Shown: positions 48,307 to 58,983, counted from the first letter of the stretch. The stretch: DNA of 64,000 nt from an uncultured Solobacterium sp. (GCA_905235315.1 CAJOLG010000001.1:4944-68943); one strand, 5' to 3'. Numbers and translations: made by a program. Notes: generated from the sequence alone by a model not told the origin.

Positions 48307-50202
48307 ATGTCCCCCCTGCAGGAAGCGATCATACGAAATGACCTCTGTCAGACGGAGCAGATTCTGAAAGCGTCCCCTTCCGCTGTCAACGAAGCGGAAA
48401 ACGAAGATAATCTGCCGTTGTTTCTCGCTGCGCAGTATGGCTCCGTTGAGCTCCTGAAATACATTGTGGAATACTCCCGGGCAAGCCTTGATGCGTATGA
48501 TTCCCAGCATCGAAATATACTTCATTATGCCACATTATCCGGTGATATTCAAAAAGTCATGTACCTTGTCAAACGGTGTGGAATGTCGCCGTTGGAAGCA
48601 GATAAAAACCTCATTACACCCTATGAACTTTCCTGGCGGATGTTTCCGGATACCCTGGGCCTGTATTACCAGTCTGTCATCGGAACCCCGTATCCCAGGA
48701 TGTATCACAATCCCATCCGCCGCGGGTTTTTTCCGGATCCGTCGGTGATCCGGGTCAATGACTGCTATTACATGGTGAATTCCTCATTCATCTTCTTCCC
48801 CTGCATTCCGATCTCCCGTTCCAGAGATCTGGTTCACTGGGAGATTATCGGACATGCGATCACCAATCCGCAGTGGTCAGGCCTCGGTTCGCTGGAAGGC
48901 GGCCGAGGATACTGGGCACCGGATATCAGCTATGACGGCGAACGGTTTTATATCACCGCCACCCTTCGGTACAACGATAACGGATGGCCCATCCGCCGGC
49001 AGATGATCGTCAGTGCAGAAACCCCGGAAGGCCCGTGGTCAAAGCCCTCCTTCCTTGAGGAAGACGGCATCGATCCCTCATTGTTTCATGAAGACGGCAG
49101 ACACTATCTCCTGCTGAACCGGGGAGCCAGAATATGCGAACTCTCTTCGGACTGTACAAAACAGATTTCAGAAGCGACACTGCTGTATTACGGTTCGCAG
49201 AAACACGCCCCTGAAGGCCCGCATCTTCTGAAAAAGGACGGATTCTACTATCTGTTTCAGGCGGAAGGCGGTACCGGGCCGGGCCACCGGATCACGGTTT
49301 CCCGCAGCCGCGAACTGTTCGGCATCTATGAACCGTGCCCGTACAACCCGATCCTGCGGCAGAATGACCCGCATGCGCCGATTCAGCGCTGCGGCCACGG
49401 AAAGCCGGTAGAGACCGCGGACGGCAGATGGTATATGGTCTATCTCTGCGGGCGGATGCTGGACGGGAAGTTCAGTATTCTCGGGCGGGAGACAGCGATG
49501 GATCCGATCACCTGGACACCGGACGGATGGCCGCTTGTAAATAATCTTCAGGGGCCTTCCGCACTCTCTGCCATGCCGATCCTGCAAGAGACAATCCCGG
49601 AGAAAACCGGGTTCCGGGCCGGGATATGGCCTGCGGAGTGGATGACCCCGCGCGAACCGCAGGACGGTGCGGTGGAGCCGATGGACGGTGCGGTACGGCT
49701 CTGTTCCTCTCCGGCACCGCTTTATTCCATTGAAAGCCGGAACCTCTTTCTGCACCGCCAGGAAAGCTTCCGGTTTGCGGCGGAATTCGTCCTGGAGCTG
49801 CCGCTTCTTAACGAAGGCCAGGAAGCAGGAATTGTCTGTTATTATGATGAAAACACGTATGTTTCGTTTATGACCGGGCGCAGAAACGGAGCCCTGTTCT
49901 GTCTCACCGCAGAGCGGATCGGGACAGAATCCCTTCTCCGCGAGTTCCCTCTTGCGGGGCAGCAGGAGAAGCGATACCGGTACGCCGTCAGAACGGACGG
50001 TCTGAACCGTGTGTTTACACTTTCCGACAGCGAAGGCAACCTGCTTCATCAGGAGGTGCTGGACAATGTATACTACCTTTGTGATGAGGGCATTCCGATG
50101 GGCAAGCGTTTTACCGGCGCTTTGTTCGGCGCAGCCGCATACGGCCCGGAGCCGTTTGCGTATCTGCTTCGCTCGGTAACGATTCACAATCAGGAGGAAT
50201 GA
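48307..50202 (+). CDS. Ankyrin-repeat / GH43 glycoside hydrolase fusion
   Basis: Ankyrin-like repeats (LPLFLAAQYGSVELLKYIV, NILHYATLSGD..VMYLV, TPYEL); GH43 FPDPS, WAPD, IDPSLF and PEGPH motifs; beta-sandwich C-domain. Confidence 0.85.
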   Translation: MSPLQEAIIRNDLCQTEQILKASPSAVNEAENEDNLPLFLAAQYGSVELLKYIVEYSRASLDAYDSQHRNILHYATLSGDIQKVMYLVKRCGMSPLEADKNLITPYELSWRMFPDTLGLYYQSVIGTPYPRMYHNPIRRGFFPDPSVIRVNDCYYMVNSSFIFFPCIPISRSRDLVHWEIIGHAITNPQWSGLGSLEGGRGYWAPDISYDGERFYITATLRYNDNGWPIRRQMIVSAETPEGPWSKPSFLEEDGIDPSLFHEDGRHYLLLNRGARICELSSDCTKQISEATLLYYGSQKHAPEGPHLLKKDGFYYLFQAEGGTGPGHRITVSRSRELFGIYEPCPYNPILRQNDPHAPIQRCGHGKPVETADGRWYMVYLCGRMLDGKFSILGRETAMDPITWTPDGWPLVNNLQGPSALSAMPILQETIPEKTGFRAGIWPAEWMTPREPQDGAVEPMDGAVRLCSSPAPLYSIESRNLFLHRQESFRFAAEFVLELPLLNEGQEAGIVCYYDENTYVSFMTGRRNGALFCLTAERIGTESLLREFPLAGQQEKRYRYAVRTDGLNRVFTLSDSEGNLLHQEVLDNVYYLCDEGIPMGKRFTGALFGAAAYGPEPFAYLLRSVTIHNQEE

Positions 50203-50214
50203 TCGCAGAACAGT

Positions 50215-51099
50215 ATGCGTATATCGAATGACGTGATTGACCGTATCTACTGCAACAGCACGGTTCGGTCCAGTGATTACCGGATGGCGGAGAACCATTC
50301 CCACAATTACTATGAAATTTTCTATGCCAAAAAAGGCAACACACGGTTTTTCGTGGATGACCGCCTTTTTGACCTGCACGCCGGAGATTTCATTATTGTG
50401 CCGCCGAATCTGGTTCACTACAACCGCTATATCACCCAGACGACCCGGGTCAACATCTATTTCCGGGATGAGGATCTGCGCCGGGGAGATGACTATGTGA
50501 TCAGCGGTCTTGGCGAAAAGGTTCTCGCAAAAGCCGCGATGTATCATACACCGGGCTCGTACCGTGATCTTCTTGAAAATGTCATCGATATGATGCTGCA
50601 TGAAGATCATGTCAATGATGAGAATACCGAGGTGATGCTGCAGCTTTTGTTTCAGGAATTCATCATCCTTTCAAGCCGTTACTGCATTCCGAATGTCGGC
50701 TACGACCATCAGATGACAGAGGAAGGCGACATTTCCATCCAGGAGGCCGCCCGGTTCATTTCGGAAAACTACAATCTTCCGATCACCCTGAATTTTCTGG
50801 CGGAAAAATCCGGTCTCTCCCCTGCCTATTTCTCCAAACGCTTCCATCTGATTACCGGAATGGGTATGAAGGAATACCTCACGTATGTCCGTCTGAAACA
50901 TGCGGAAGCCGAACTCGTCTCCACCTCGCACTCCATCCGGGAGATTGCGGAAAACACCGGGTTCTCCGACAGTAACTACTTCAAGGATGTATTCAAGAAG
51001 GAGTACGGCATGTCACCGAGAACCTACCGCAACAGCAGAAAAACCGACCTGGTGGAAAACCGGAACCGGGTCGTAAAAAAGATTCCCAACGACTTCTGA
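50215..51099 (+). CDS. AraC-family transcriptional regulator
   Basis: Cupin HSHNYYEI; HTH YFSKRF and GFSDSNYFKDVFKKEYGMSP. Confidence 0.93.
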   Translation: MRISNDVIDRIYCNSTVRSSDYRMAENHSHNYYEIFYAKKGNTRFFVDDRLFDLHAGDFIIVPPNLVHYNRYITQTTRVNIYFRDEDLRRGDDYVISGLGEKVLAKAAMYHTPGSYRDLLENVIDMMLHEDHVNDENTEVMLQLLFQEFIILSSRYCIPNVGYDHQMTEEGDISIQEAARFISENYNLPITLNFLAEKSGLSPAYFSKRFHLITGMGMKEYLTYVRLKHAEAELVSTSHSIREIAENTGFSDSNYFKDVFKKEYGMSPRTYRNSRKTDLVENRNRVVKKIPNDF

Positions 51100-51172
51100 A
51101 TTTCCATAAAAAAGCTGAACGTCCGTGCGTCCCATCCGGCAGATGGATTCCGCAGACATCAGCTTTTTTTCG

Positions 51173-52834
51173 TTACAGTTCCCGGGTGATCACGGAAAGG
51201 ATTTCCGCGGCACCTTCTTCCGCTCCCTTTTTCGCAAGGGCGAAGATCCCGGTACTTACGCCGGTCCAGGTATGATCCGCCGGGGTAAACCGACAGGTGC
51301 TGTCGACGTAAGGCGCATCCCCGGCCTGGAAGAAAATCCGCAGTTCCGGCGTTTCCGCATCGATACTGCTGAAGTACAGATTTTCCGCATCGGGCCTCAG
51401 GACCGTGACCGTGCCCTCTGCGTCAAGTTCTGCCTTCGAGGTTCTTACAAAGACCATCCGGAAGGACAGCTCCGAAAGAGCAGAGGTTTCAATGTCAAAG
51501 GAGTTCCGGATGATTTCCGTTTTGTCCGTGTCACCGCCTTCGGATTCCGCAAGAACAATGCGGGCCCCGTCTTCGGTACGTTCGGCGTACAGGCATGCAT
51601 ACTGCCCGCCCATCATCACAATACCGGCACGGTTTCCTTCTTTCAGGCGGGAAGCGTCCAGAAGAACCTCCATGGAGAATTCCGGCATGCACAGTTTCTG
51701 CGTCAGCACATTGGAACTGTGCCAGATAACCGGTTCCTCCTCATCGGAAAGATTCAGGGCGCGCAATGCAATGCCATCGGTATAGGACGGTTCCGCATAC
51801 GGCGGTGTCCTGAGATTGCCGAGCCACTGCCACTGCAGACCCGGTTCATGATCGACAAACCAGTCCGAGGCTTCCGGATGGGTTTTCGGATATCCCTCAG
51901 CCGGCATCTCCCATTCGTATACAGGATTGCCCTTCCCGTCACCGTCTTTGTCCTCTCCGATCACAGGCCAGTCATCCTTCCAGGTTACCGGCTGAAGATG
52001 ACAGATCCGCCCGTATATTCCGCGGTCCTGAAAATGCACAAACCAGTCTCTGCCGTCTTTGGCCTGAACGAGGCCGCCCTGATGCGGACCGTTGATTACG
52101 GTATTGCCCTGATCCATGACGGTTCTGATCTCATACGGCCCATGAATGGATTTACTGCGCAGGGCAGTCTGCCAGCCGTGGGTTACACCCCCTGCCGGCG
52201 CAAGAATATAGTACCAGCCGTTCCGTTTATATACTTTCGGCCCTTCGATGGTCACTGCAGGATGCGCCGGGTCATTCCCGTCAAAGAGGAACGTGTCCTC
52301 GGAAACCGCCCTGGTTCCGTCAGGGGACATTTCAAAGATACCGAGCATGCTTTTGAATCCGATCCGGCTTTTGGCATACGCATGTATGATATATGCCCTG
52401 CCGTCTTCATCCCAATACGGACACGGATCGATAAATCCTTTTGCCGGGCGAACGCATATCGGTTCTGTCCACGGCCCGAGGATGCTTTCCGACTGCACCA
52501 TATAGATTCCTTCATCCGGCATACCGTAAAAGATGAAGTATCTGCCGTCATGAAAACGAATCGACGGCGCCCATACGCCCTCGGAATGACGCGGAATTTC
52601 ATACCGCCTTCCAATCGCGGTACTGTCCTCGTGCGGAATGCCTCCGGTTCCGTCTTCGGAAATACGGTCTATGGCAAACCCTTTGAGTTCCCAGTTGACG
52701 AGATCGTTGGATACCAGAATCGGAAGACCTGGTACGTAGTTGAAAGTGGATGAGGTCAGAATGTATTCGTCATTCACACGAATTACATCCGGATCCGAGA
52801 AGTCGGCAAACAGTATCGGGTTGCGGTATTTCAT
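51173..52834 (-). CDS. GH43 glycoside hydrolase (XynB-like architecture)
   Basis: FSDPDV, WAPSI, IDPCP, IEGPK and HQGG motifs. Confidence 0.9.
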   Translation of the reverse strand: MKYRNPILFADFSDPDVIRVNDEYILTSSTFNYVPGLPILVSNDLVNWELKGFAIDRISEDGTGGIPHEDSTAIGRRYEIPRHSEGVWAPSIRFHDGRYFIFYGMPDEGIYMVQSESILGPWTEPICVRPAKGFIDPCPYWDEDGRAYIIHAYAKSRIGFKSMLGIFEMSPDGTRAVSEDTFLFDGNDPAHPAVTIEGPKVYKRNGWYYILAPAGGVTHGWQTALRSKSIHGPYEIRTVMDQGNTVINGPHQGGLVQAKDGRDWFVHFQDRGIYGRICHLQPVTWKDDWPVIGEDKDGDGKGNPVYEWEMPAEGYPKTHPEASDWFVDHEPGLQWQWLGNLRTPPYAEPSYTDGIALRALNLSDEEEPVIWHSSNVLTQKLCMPEFSMEVLLDASRLKEGNRAGIVMMGGQYACLYAERTEDGARIVLAESEGGDTDKTEIIRNSFDIETSALSELSFRMVFVRTSKAELDAEGTVTVLRPDAENLYFSSIDAETPELRIFFQAGDAPYVDSTCRFTPADHTWTGVSTGIFALAKKGAEEGAAEILSVITREL

Positions 52835-52843
52835 AAATTACTC

Positions 52844-53683
52844 CTACAGACTCGCTTCGAGCTGTCTCAGGTATTCCAGAGCCTGCTGGGCATTCTCCGG
52901 CCTTGTATTTTCCAGTGTAGCATGGATGAACGGTTTCTTCTCCTTTGCGAATCGAAGAATTGACCGATAATCCATATCCCCGAGCCCCGCTGCCATGCAG
53001 GAAGTCACTCCGGTTTCCGCTTTGAAATCTTTGAGATGAATGACCGCAATCTCCTTTTCGAGCAGGTTCATCGCCGTTTCAAACACTTCCTCTCTGGTAT
53101 CCGCATTGGATTCATCCAGAAGATTTACCGGATCAAAGATGATCTGAAGATTCGGGGAATTGATTTCATCCAGTACGGTTCTTGCCCGTTCCGGGGAATA
53201 TACGATATGTCTCCATACCGGTTCTATTGCAAGTATAACGCCAAACCGCTCTGCATCGTTTACGACCGGGCGAAGATTTTTGATAAATGTTTCCAGCGCC
53301 TCATCACTGTGTGAGGTTTCCGGATCATATTGATACCCGGTGTTCGGATTTCCGGTTTCGGTACCGACAACCCCTGCCCCAAGCAGCGACGCAAACCGCA
53401 GATGTGCCCTGTATTTTTCCTGATTTGCCTTCAGCGCAGCTTCATCCGGTGTCGCAAGATTCAGATAATTGCCGAGCACCGCAATATCAAGCCCCGCATC
53501 CGCAAATACCCGTTTCAGATACATGGCATACCCCGGTGTCAGCGCAGAAAGATCCGCAGTCAAACCCTGAATCTTGGAAAGCGCAAGGTGCACACAGGTA
53601 AATCCCTGTTCCCTGACCGTTCGCAGCTGCTCCGGAAGCGGAAGTTTTTCCGCATCATGAAGCCGCAGTCCAAACTGGATCAT
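52844..53683 (-). CDS. Sugar phosphate isomerase/epimerase (xylose isomerase-like TIM barrel)
   Basis: VGTETG, LAIEP, IFDPVN and IHLKD motifs. Confidence 0.85.
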   Translation of the reverse strand: MIQFGLRLHDAEKLPLPEQLRTVREQGFTCVHLALSKIQGLTADLSALTPGYAMYLKRVFADAGLDIAVLGNYLNLATPDEAALKANQEKYRAHLRFASLLGAGVVGTETGNPNTGYQYDPETSHSDEALETFIKNLRPVVNDAERFGVILAIEPVWRHIVYSPERARTVLDEINSPNLQIIFDPVNLLDESNADTREEVFETAMNLLEKEIAVIHLKDFKAETGVTSCMAAGLGDMDYRSILRFAKEKKPFIHATLENTRPENAQQALEYLRQLEASL

Positions 53684-53727
53684 AACGTTTTTCTCCTTAT
53701 TATCGGCGCAGAATCATCCGCACCGCA

Positions 53728-55305
53728 TCATTCCGTAATCGTAACGCCGTTGATAACCGTTTTCGTATTCCCGAAGAGTTTCGGCTCGTTTACTGCCTTT
53801 CCCTGAATGTGCAGCCCGTTTATTTCGAGCTCTGCCACATTCTTCAGCCAGAGGCTTTCGCCGCATACCGGTTCAAAGCCGTCCATCATGACAGGAATCT
53901 GAGCCTGGCGGTTCTCTGCCGGACAGTAGGACGCTTCCACATTCTCCAGCGTGATTTTCGCAATCGGCGATTCCGGAAGCCCGCAGGCACATACCAGCGA
54001 AGTGCTGACTCCGGTGCATTTCACGTCTTTCAGCGTGATTGTGCCGACTGCAGGCGTACGGTAATCCCGGGGCGAACGGTCCTGGCTCTGCACGTACGTG
54101 CTGTGCCCGTCCGGATCGCAGCAGTAGAACATGTTCATCGTGACCGGCATGTTCACATCTTCCATCCAGATGTTCTCAAATACGAGGTCGGTCAGAACCG
54201 CACGTTCGCCTCTTCCTCTTCTGGTCTTGATCCGGACACCCCGGTCGGTGCCGATGAACCGGCAGTTCGATACATGAACATGGCTGACCCCGCCGGCGAT
54301 TTCCGATCCGACGGTTACCGAACCATGTCCTTTTTCCAGCGAGCAGTTACGGATCACAATCTGTGATGATTCCTTATGATGGGCGGAAGCCATATACAGC
54401 TTGCCGCTTTTGATTGCGATACAGTCATCGCCGACCGATATTTTTGTGCCGAGCAGCAGTACATCGGTGCAGCTTTCCGGATTAAACCCGTCGGTATTGG
54501 GGGAGTCATACGGATTCTGAATCGTAAGATCCAAAAACTGCAGATGATCCGAATAGTACGGATGGATGGTCCAGCTTGGGGAATTCCGTATCGTAAGCCC
54601 CTGCACGACCACATTTCGGCAGCGATTCAGAAACACAAGCCGGGGGCGCCAGGCAATGCGTTTCACCGCATGACTGACCCACCAGTCGGATGCGTCCGCA
54701 TTCCCGTTGAGCGTTCCTTCCCCGATCACCGTCAGGTTTTCCGCATCTACAGCGCTCAAAAGCGCCGCAAAGCAGTCCAGGGGATTGCCTTCCCAGGTTC
54801 CGAAACTCATCTCCGCCTGATTGTCATACATGTTCCGCACCATTCCCGGCAGAACCGGATACTGCGTGCGGTCGGTGATTCCGAGCAGTTCTGCCCCGGA
54901 GCCGATCCACAGGGTCATATCGCTTTTGGCAAAAACAGGTGACGAAAGATAGGTTCCTTTCGGAAGATACACCGTTCCGCCTTTCGGACAGCAGGCAATC
55001 GCTGCCTGAATCGCAGCGGTGTCATTGTTTATCCCATCCCCTTTTGCGCCGAAGCTCTGCACATTCAGCAGGATGGTTTCTTTTTTCGTCCGGAAGGTTA
55101 TGGATTCCGTGTCGTTCTCCTCACGGACTGTAAGTGTATATGCGGTATCCGGGTCAAGTCCGAACACCGAGATCACATTCTTTGCGGTCGTTTCCACAAG
55201 CCGGTCTTCAATCCAGACCGAACACGGCGTGCTTTCATACCGGTCATTGTTTATACGCTCAACTGTGACACTGCGGACCGTAGCCGCAATTAACTGTAAT
55301 TTCAT
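53728..55305 (-). CDS. GH28 polygalacturonase (no signal peptide) with N-terminal FnIII-like domain
   Basis: NTDG, GDDCIAIKSG, GHG and RIKT catalytic motifs. Confidence 0.93.
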   Translation of the reverse strand: MKLQLIAATVRSVTVERINNDRYESTPCSVWIEDRLVETTAKNVISVFGLDPDTAYTLTVREENDTESITFRTKKETILLNVQSFGAKGDGINNDTAAIQAAIACCPKGGTVYLPKGTYLSSPVFAKSDMTLWIGSGAELLGITDRTQYPVLPGMVRNMYDNQAEMSFGTWEGNPLDCFAALLSAVDAENLTVIGEGTLNGNADASDWWVSHAVKRIAWRPRLVFLNRCRNVVVQGLTIRNSPSWTIHPYYSDHLQFLDLTIQNPYDSPNTDGFNPESCTDVLLLGTKISVGDDCIAIKSGKLYMASAHHKESSQIVIRNCSLEKGHGSVTVGSEIAGGVSHVHVSNCRFIGTDRGVRIKTRRGRGERAVLTDLVFENIWMEDVNMPVTMNMFYCCDPDGHSTYVQSQDRSPRDYRTPAVGTITLKDVKCTGVSTSLVCACGLPESPIAKITLENVEASYCPAENRQAQIPVMMDGFEPVCGESLWLKNVAELEINGLHIQGKAVNEPKLFGNTKTVINGVTITE

Positions 55306-55332
55306 GGTTGTACCTCAATCCGGTCTCTGCCG

Positions 55333-56478
55333 TCACTTTTCTTCTCTTCTCAGCATTTCGGTATATGCCAGAAGGAACGGTGCCACCCCTTTGGCTTCGT
55401 TTTCCACAACCGGCTCGCTGAAATAATACGCAAGGGATCCGTCTCTGTGCTGCGGCCCGCCGAGTCCCGCGACCAGACAGATTCCGCCGAGTTTCAGCGT
55501 TCCGTCCGGATTCTTGGAAAGATACTTCGCGCAGATGCCATCGAACGCGTTTTCTCCGACCAATGCATAGCGGGGTGAAATATAGCCTTCCCGCACCGCC
55601 TTGAGAACCGCATAGGCAATCAGTGCCGTACCGGAAGTTTCAAGATAGTTTCCTTCCGCATCTTTTTTATCCGGCACCTGGAAGAACATCCCGCTTTCAT
55701 CCTGGAACGGGATCAGGGCATCGATCAGGTTTTCAAGAAGGCTGATCAGATAGCGCTTTTCATAATAGAGCGCTTCATCACAGGCCCTTGCGGTTTCGGT
55801 GAGCGCAAGGGAGAACCACCCGAGAGAGCGAAGCCAGAAGTTCGGACTGCAGCCGGTCACGGGATCGGCCCAGTACATCTCTCTCGATTCATCATACCCG
55901 TGATAGTACAGCCCGGTTTTCGGGTCTTTCATGTGCTTTTCAACATTCTTGAACTGCTGAATGACATCGCAGCATTTTTCCATCTTCCGGAACACGGTTT
56001 CATATCGCATATAGAATGGTTCCGCCATGTACAGCCCGTCCAGCCATACCTGGTTCGGATAAATATCCTTGTGCCAGAAACTGCCCTCTTTCGTGCGGGG
56101 CATCGTATCCAGCTGGCTTCTTACAAGATCCAGGGCAAGCCGGTATTTCTCCTCCCCTGTTTTGTCATACAGGAAGAAGAGATTACTGGCGGTATTGATG
56201 TTGTCCAGGTTGTATTCACTGACATTATATGTGCGGATGGTTCCGTCCTCCTGAACAAAATAGTCAATAAAGTCTTTGGCGAATGAATAATAGCGTTCTC
56301 TGCCGGTCATTTCATACAGGGAAAGGAGCGCTGTAATCATACAGCCGTCAATATAGTTCCATTTGTTCTGCTTTCCGGAACGAACAAGTTCCTTGTTCCA
56401 CATGGGTTTTTCCGCGCTGGACTGATCCAGCAGGTATTCAATATATTCATTGATCTGCTTGGCTGCTTCCTGCTTCAT
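55333..56478 (-). CDS. GH105 unsaturated (rhamno)galacturonyl hydrolase (YteR-like)
   Basis: WNYIDG, NLDNIN, QVWLDGLYM, HGYDES, WLRSLGW and ETSG motifs. Confidence 0.92.
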   Translation of the reverse strand: MKQEAAKQINEYIEYLLDQSSAEKPMWNKELVRSGKQNKWNYIDGCMITALLSLYEMTGRERYYSFAKDFIDYFVQEDGTIRTYNVSEYNLDNINTASNLFFLYDKTGEEKYRLALDLVRSQLDTMPRTKEGSFWHKDIYPNQVWLDGLYMAEPFYMRYETVFRKMEKCCDVIQQFKNVEKHMKDPKTGLYYHGYDESREMYWADPVTGCSPNFWLRSLGWFSLALTETARACDEALYYEKRYLISLLENLIDALIPFQDESGMFFQVPDKKDAEGNYLETSGTALIAYAVLKAVREGYISPRYALVGENAFDGICAKYLSKNPDGTLKLGGICLVAGLGGPQHRDGSLAYYFSEPVVENEAKGVAPFLLAYTEMLRREEK

Positions 56479-57140
56479 TCGTCAGTTTCCTCCTCTTCCG
56501 TACTGCTGATCTGAATCTGTCCGCCCGCTTCATAAAAATTAAAGAGTCCCCGGTAGATGAGTGCCCGTACATATCCCGGCCCGGTGAAACAGAATGCCAG
56601 GAACACAGGTACGACCGCATAGCCGAACAGATACAGCAAGATCATCGGCAGAAGGTTCACGAACCCGCAGATAAAGGTGCGGAACCGGGATATGCCGTAA
56701 ACCGCCATCGCAAAGGATGTTCGGATCGTTCCGCCGATCGTGTTTTTATAGCGGGCGAGCACCGGGAACAGGTAAAGGCTTATCAGGTAGATGACCGCAA
56801 TTGCCGCATACAGCAGAATAATGACAATGCCGGGAAACTGATCCCCCTGCATGCGGATAATACGCCAGTCCACAAACAGAGCCCCGAATACGATCAGAAG
56901 TCCGATCCAGAGAATCGTGGCCTGCCGGAAATTGAGCTTGAATGCACGGAAGAACTGCTGGGAAACATCGCCCTCTTCTTCTCTGACCATCTTCTGAAGC
57001 ACATAATGCATCGCCGTAAGCGAAGCTCCTGCCGTCAGGATCGGAAGGCAGAGAAGCAGCGTAAGAAAATTCAGTATCATGAGATCTGCCAGAACACCCA
57101 GCACTCTCATAAACTTTGAATCCGGCCTCATAAAATCCAT
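56475..57140 (-). CDS. YesL/DUF624 membrane protein
   Basis: LNFLTLLLCLPILTAGASLTA and FFRAFKLNFRQA motifs. Confidence 0.88.
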   Translation of the reverse strand: MDFMRPDSKFMRVLGVLADLMILNFLTLLLCLPILTAGASLTAMHYVLQKMVREEEGDVSQQFFRAFKLNFRQATILWIGLLIVFGALFVDWRIIRMQGDQFPGIVIILLYAAIAVIYLISLYLFPVLARYKNTIGGTIRTSFAMAVYGISRFRTFICGFVNLLPMILLYLFGYAVVPVFLAFCFTGPGYVRALIYRGLFNFYEAGGQIQISSTEEEETDE

Positions 57141-57165
57141 CGTTCTTCCTCCTGTTTCGCTTTCG

Positions 57166-58971
57166 TTATCTGCGAAGTGTTATCTGCATGTTTTCCATGT
57201 GATAGAAAACACCCTGTTTTTCCATAAGTTCCTGATAGGTTCCCTGTTCGGCAACCTCACCGTGGTCCATCACCACGATCCAGTCCGCATTGCGGATCGT
57301 TGAGAGACGGTGTGCCACCACAAACGTTGTGCGGTTTTTGATCAGGCGGCTGAGCGCGGTCTGGATTTCCCGTTCGGAAATGACATCAAGGGCAGAGGTC
57401 GCTTCATCCAGCAGGATCACCTTCGGATCCCGGATGATTGCCCGGGCGATGGCGATCCGCTGCCGCTGTCCTCCTGACAGATTGGCTCCGTGCTCCGCAA
57501 GACTGGTATCAAGCCCGTCCGGCAGGGAATCCACAACCTCCCGGAGATTCGCCGCTTCCAATGCGGTGTTGATCATCTCATCCGTTGCGTCTTCCAGTCC
57601 GTACGTGATGTTTTCCCGGATGGTGCCCGAAAACAGAAGCGGCGTCTGGGACACAACCGAGATATTCTTCCGATACGATTTCAAATCAATTCCGGTAATT
57701 TCTTTTCCGTCTACCAGAACGGTGCCGGATGTCGGCGGCATGAATCCGATGATCAGGGAGATCAGCGTTGATTTTCCCGATCCCGATTCCCCGACGATCG
57801 CAACCGTCTTTCCGGCCGGAACTTCGAACGAGACATCCTTTAATACCGGCTCTTCCGTATACGGATACGTATATCCCACATGCCGGAATGAGTACTCCCC
57901 GCGAAGATCAGGCAATACTTCTTTCCCTTCATTGACCTCGACCTCATCGCTGATCAGAATCTCGCCGACAGAAGTAACCGATTCGAGACCTTTGGTGATG
58001 ATCGGCAGCAGATTGATAATCGCCGTTACCTGATTGACCACCGAGGTAAAACTCGTCTGATAGAACGTGATGTCGCCGATCTGGATCCTTCCTTTCATTG
58101 CCATATACCCGGTAAACGCAAGGCACAGTGCCTGAAAGACCTGAAACACGACCCATCCGACAGCGCCGAAGTTTGACTGAATCATATCCAGCCGATAGCC
58201 CTTTTCTGCCGTCGCCTCAAGCTGTGCGATCATCTTTCTGCGTTCCACTTCCTCAAGGGCATGTGCCCTCGCCGCAGGAACCATTTCCACCATTTCCATG
58301 ACCCGGGCAGACGTTTCCTCCATTTCAAGGCGGTAATTCTGATTCGCTTTGCGGATCTTTTTGCGGAACGCCAGAATCGTCAAAGACGCAAGCGGAGCCA
58401 CCAGAATGAAGAACACCAGAATGATCCGGTTTTTTACGGCGGTGATCGTCAGGACAATCACAATATTCATTGTGATGTTTACCAGATTGACAAACAGCTG
58501 GGAAGACAGTGTTTCAATTGCCTCTACATCGCGGATGATCTTTGACTGCAGTTTTCCCGACTGCATCCTCACATGGTACAGAATCGACAGTTCCGACAGC
58601 TTGTGCACAAGTGCTGCACGCAGCCCGGCTTCGGTCTCCCGGGTGACCATGCTTTTGTATTTTGAATGCATATAGTTGGCAGGAAGGTGGATCAGCAGTA
58701 AGCCGAGCCAGATGCCGACATTGATCAGAACTGCCTCTTCTGCGGTATCTCCGCCGGCCAGAACCCCATTGATCACATTTGCGATCAGAAGCGGCGAAAA
58801 CAGCGTCGGGGAATGCTTGATCAGGTAAAACAGCGAACTGATCAGAAAGCGGTGATATTTACCCCTGTACAGGCCAAGCAGAACCAGAAGCGGCCTGCCT
58901 TTATATTTTCTGTAATATGAGACAAAACGATCGTCCTGCTCGTTTTGAAATGTGTCCGGGCCAAAACGCAT
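57166..58971 (-). CDS. Type IV (exporter-fold) ABC transporter, TMD-NBD fusion
   Basis: 6-TM domain; GESGSGKST, LSGGQRQRIAIAR, LDEATSALD and AHRLS motifs. Confidence 0.92.
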   Translation of the reverse strand: MRFGPDTFQNEQDDRFVSYYRKYKGRPLLVLLGLYRGKYHRFLISSLFYLIKHSPTLFSPLLIANVINGVLAGGDTAEEAVLINVGIWLGLLLIHLPANYMHSKYKSMVTRETEAGLRAALVHKLSELSILYHVRMQSGKLQSKIIRDVEAIETLSSQLFVNLVNITMNIVIVLTITAVKNRIILVFFILVAPLASLTILAFRKKIRKANQNYRLEMEETSARVMEMVEMVPAARAHALEEVERRKMIAQLEATAEKGYRLDMIQSNFGAVGWVVFQVFQALCLAFTGYMAMKGRIQIGDITFYQTSFTSVVNQVTAIINLLPIITKGLESVTSVGEILISDEVEVNEGKEVLPDLRGEYSFRHVGYTYPYTEEPVLKDVSFEVPAGKTVAIVGESGSGKSTLISLIIGFMPPTSGTVLVDGKEITGIDLKSYRKNISVVSQTPLLFSGTIRENITYGLEDATDEMINTALEAANLREVVDSLPDGLDTSLAEHGANLSGGQRQRIAIARAIIRDPKVILLDEATSALDVISEREIQTALSRLIKNRTTFVVAHRLSTIRNADWIVVMDHGEVAEQGTYQELMEKQGVFYHMENMQITLRR

Positions 58972-58983
58972 ATCCCACCTGCG

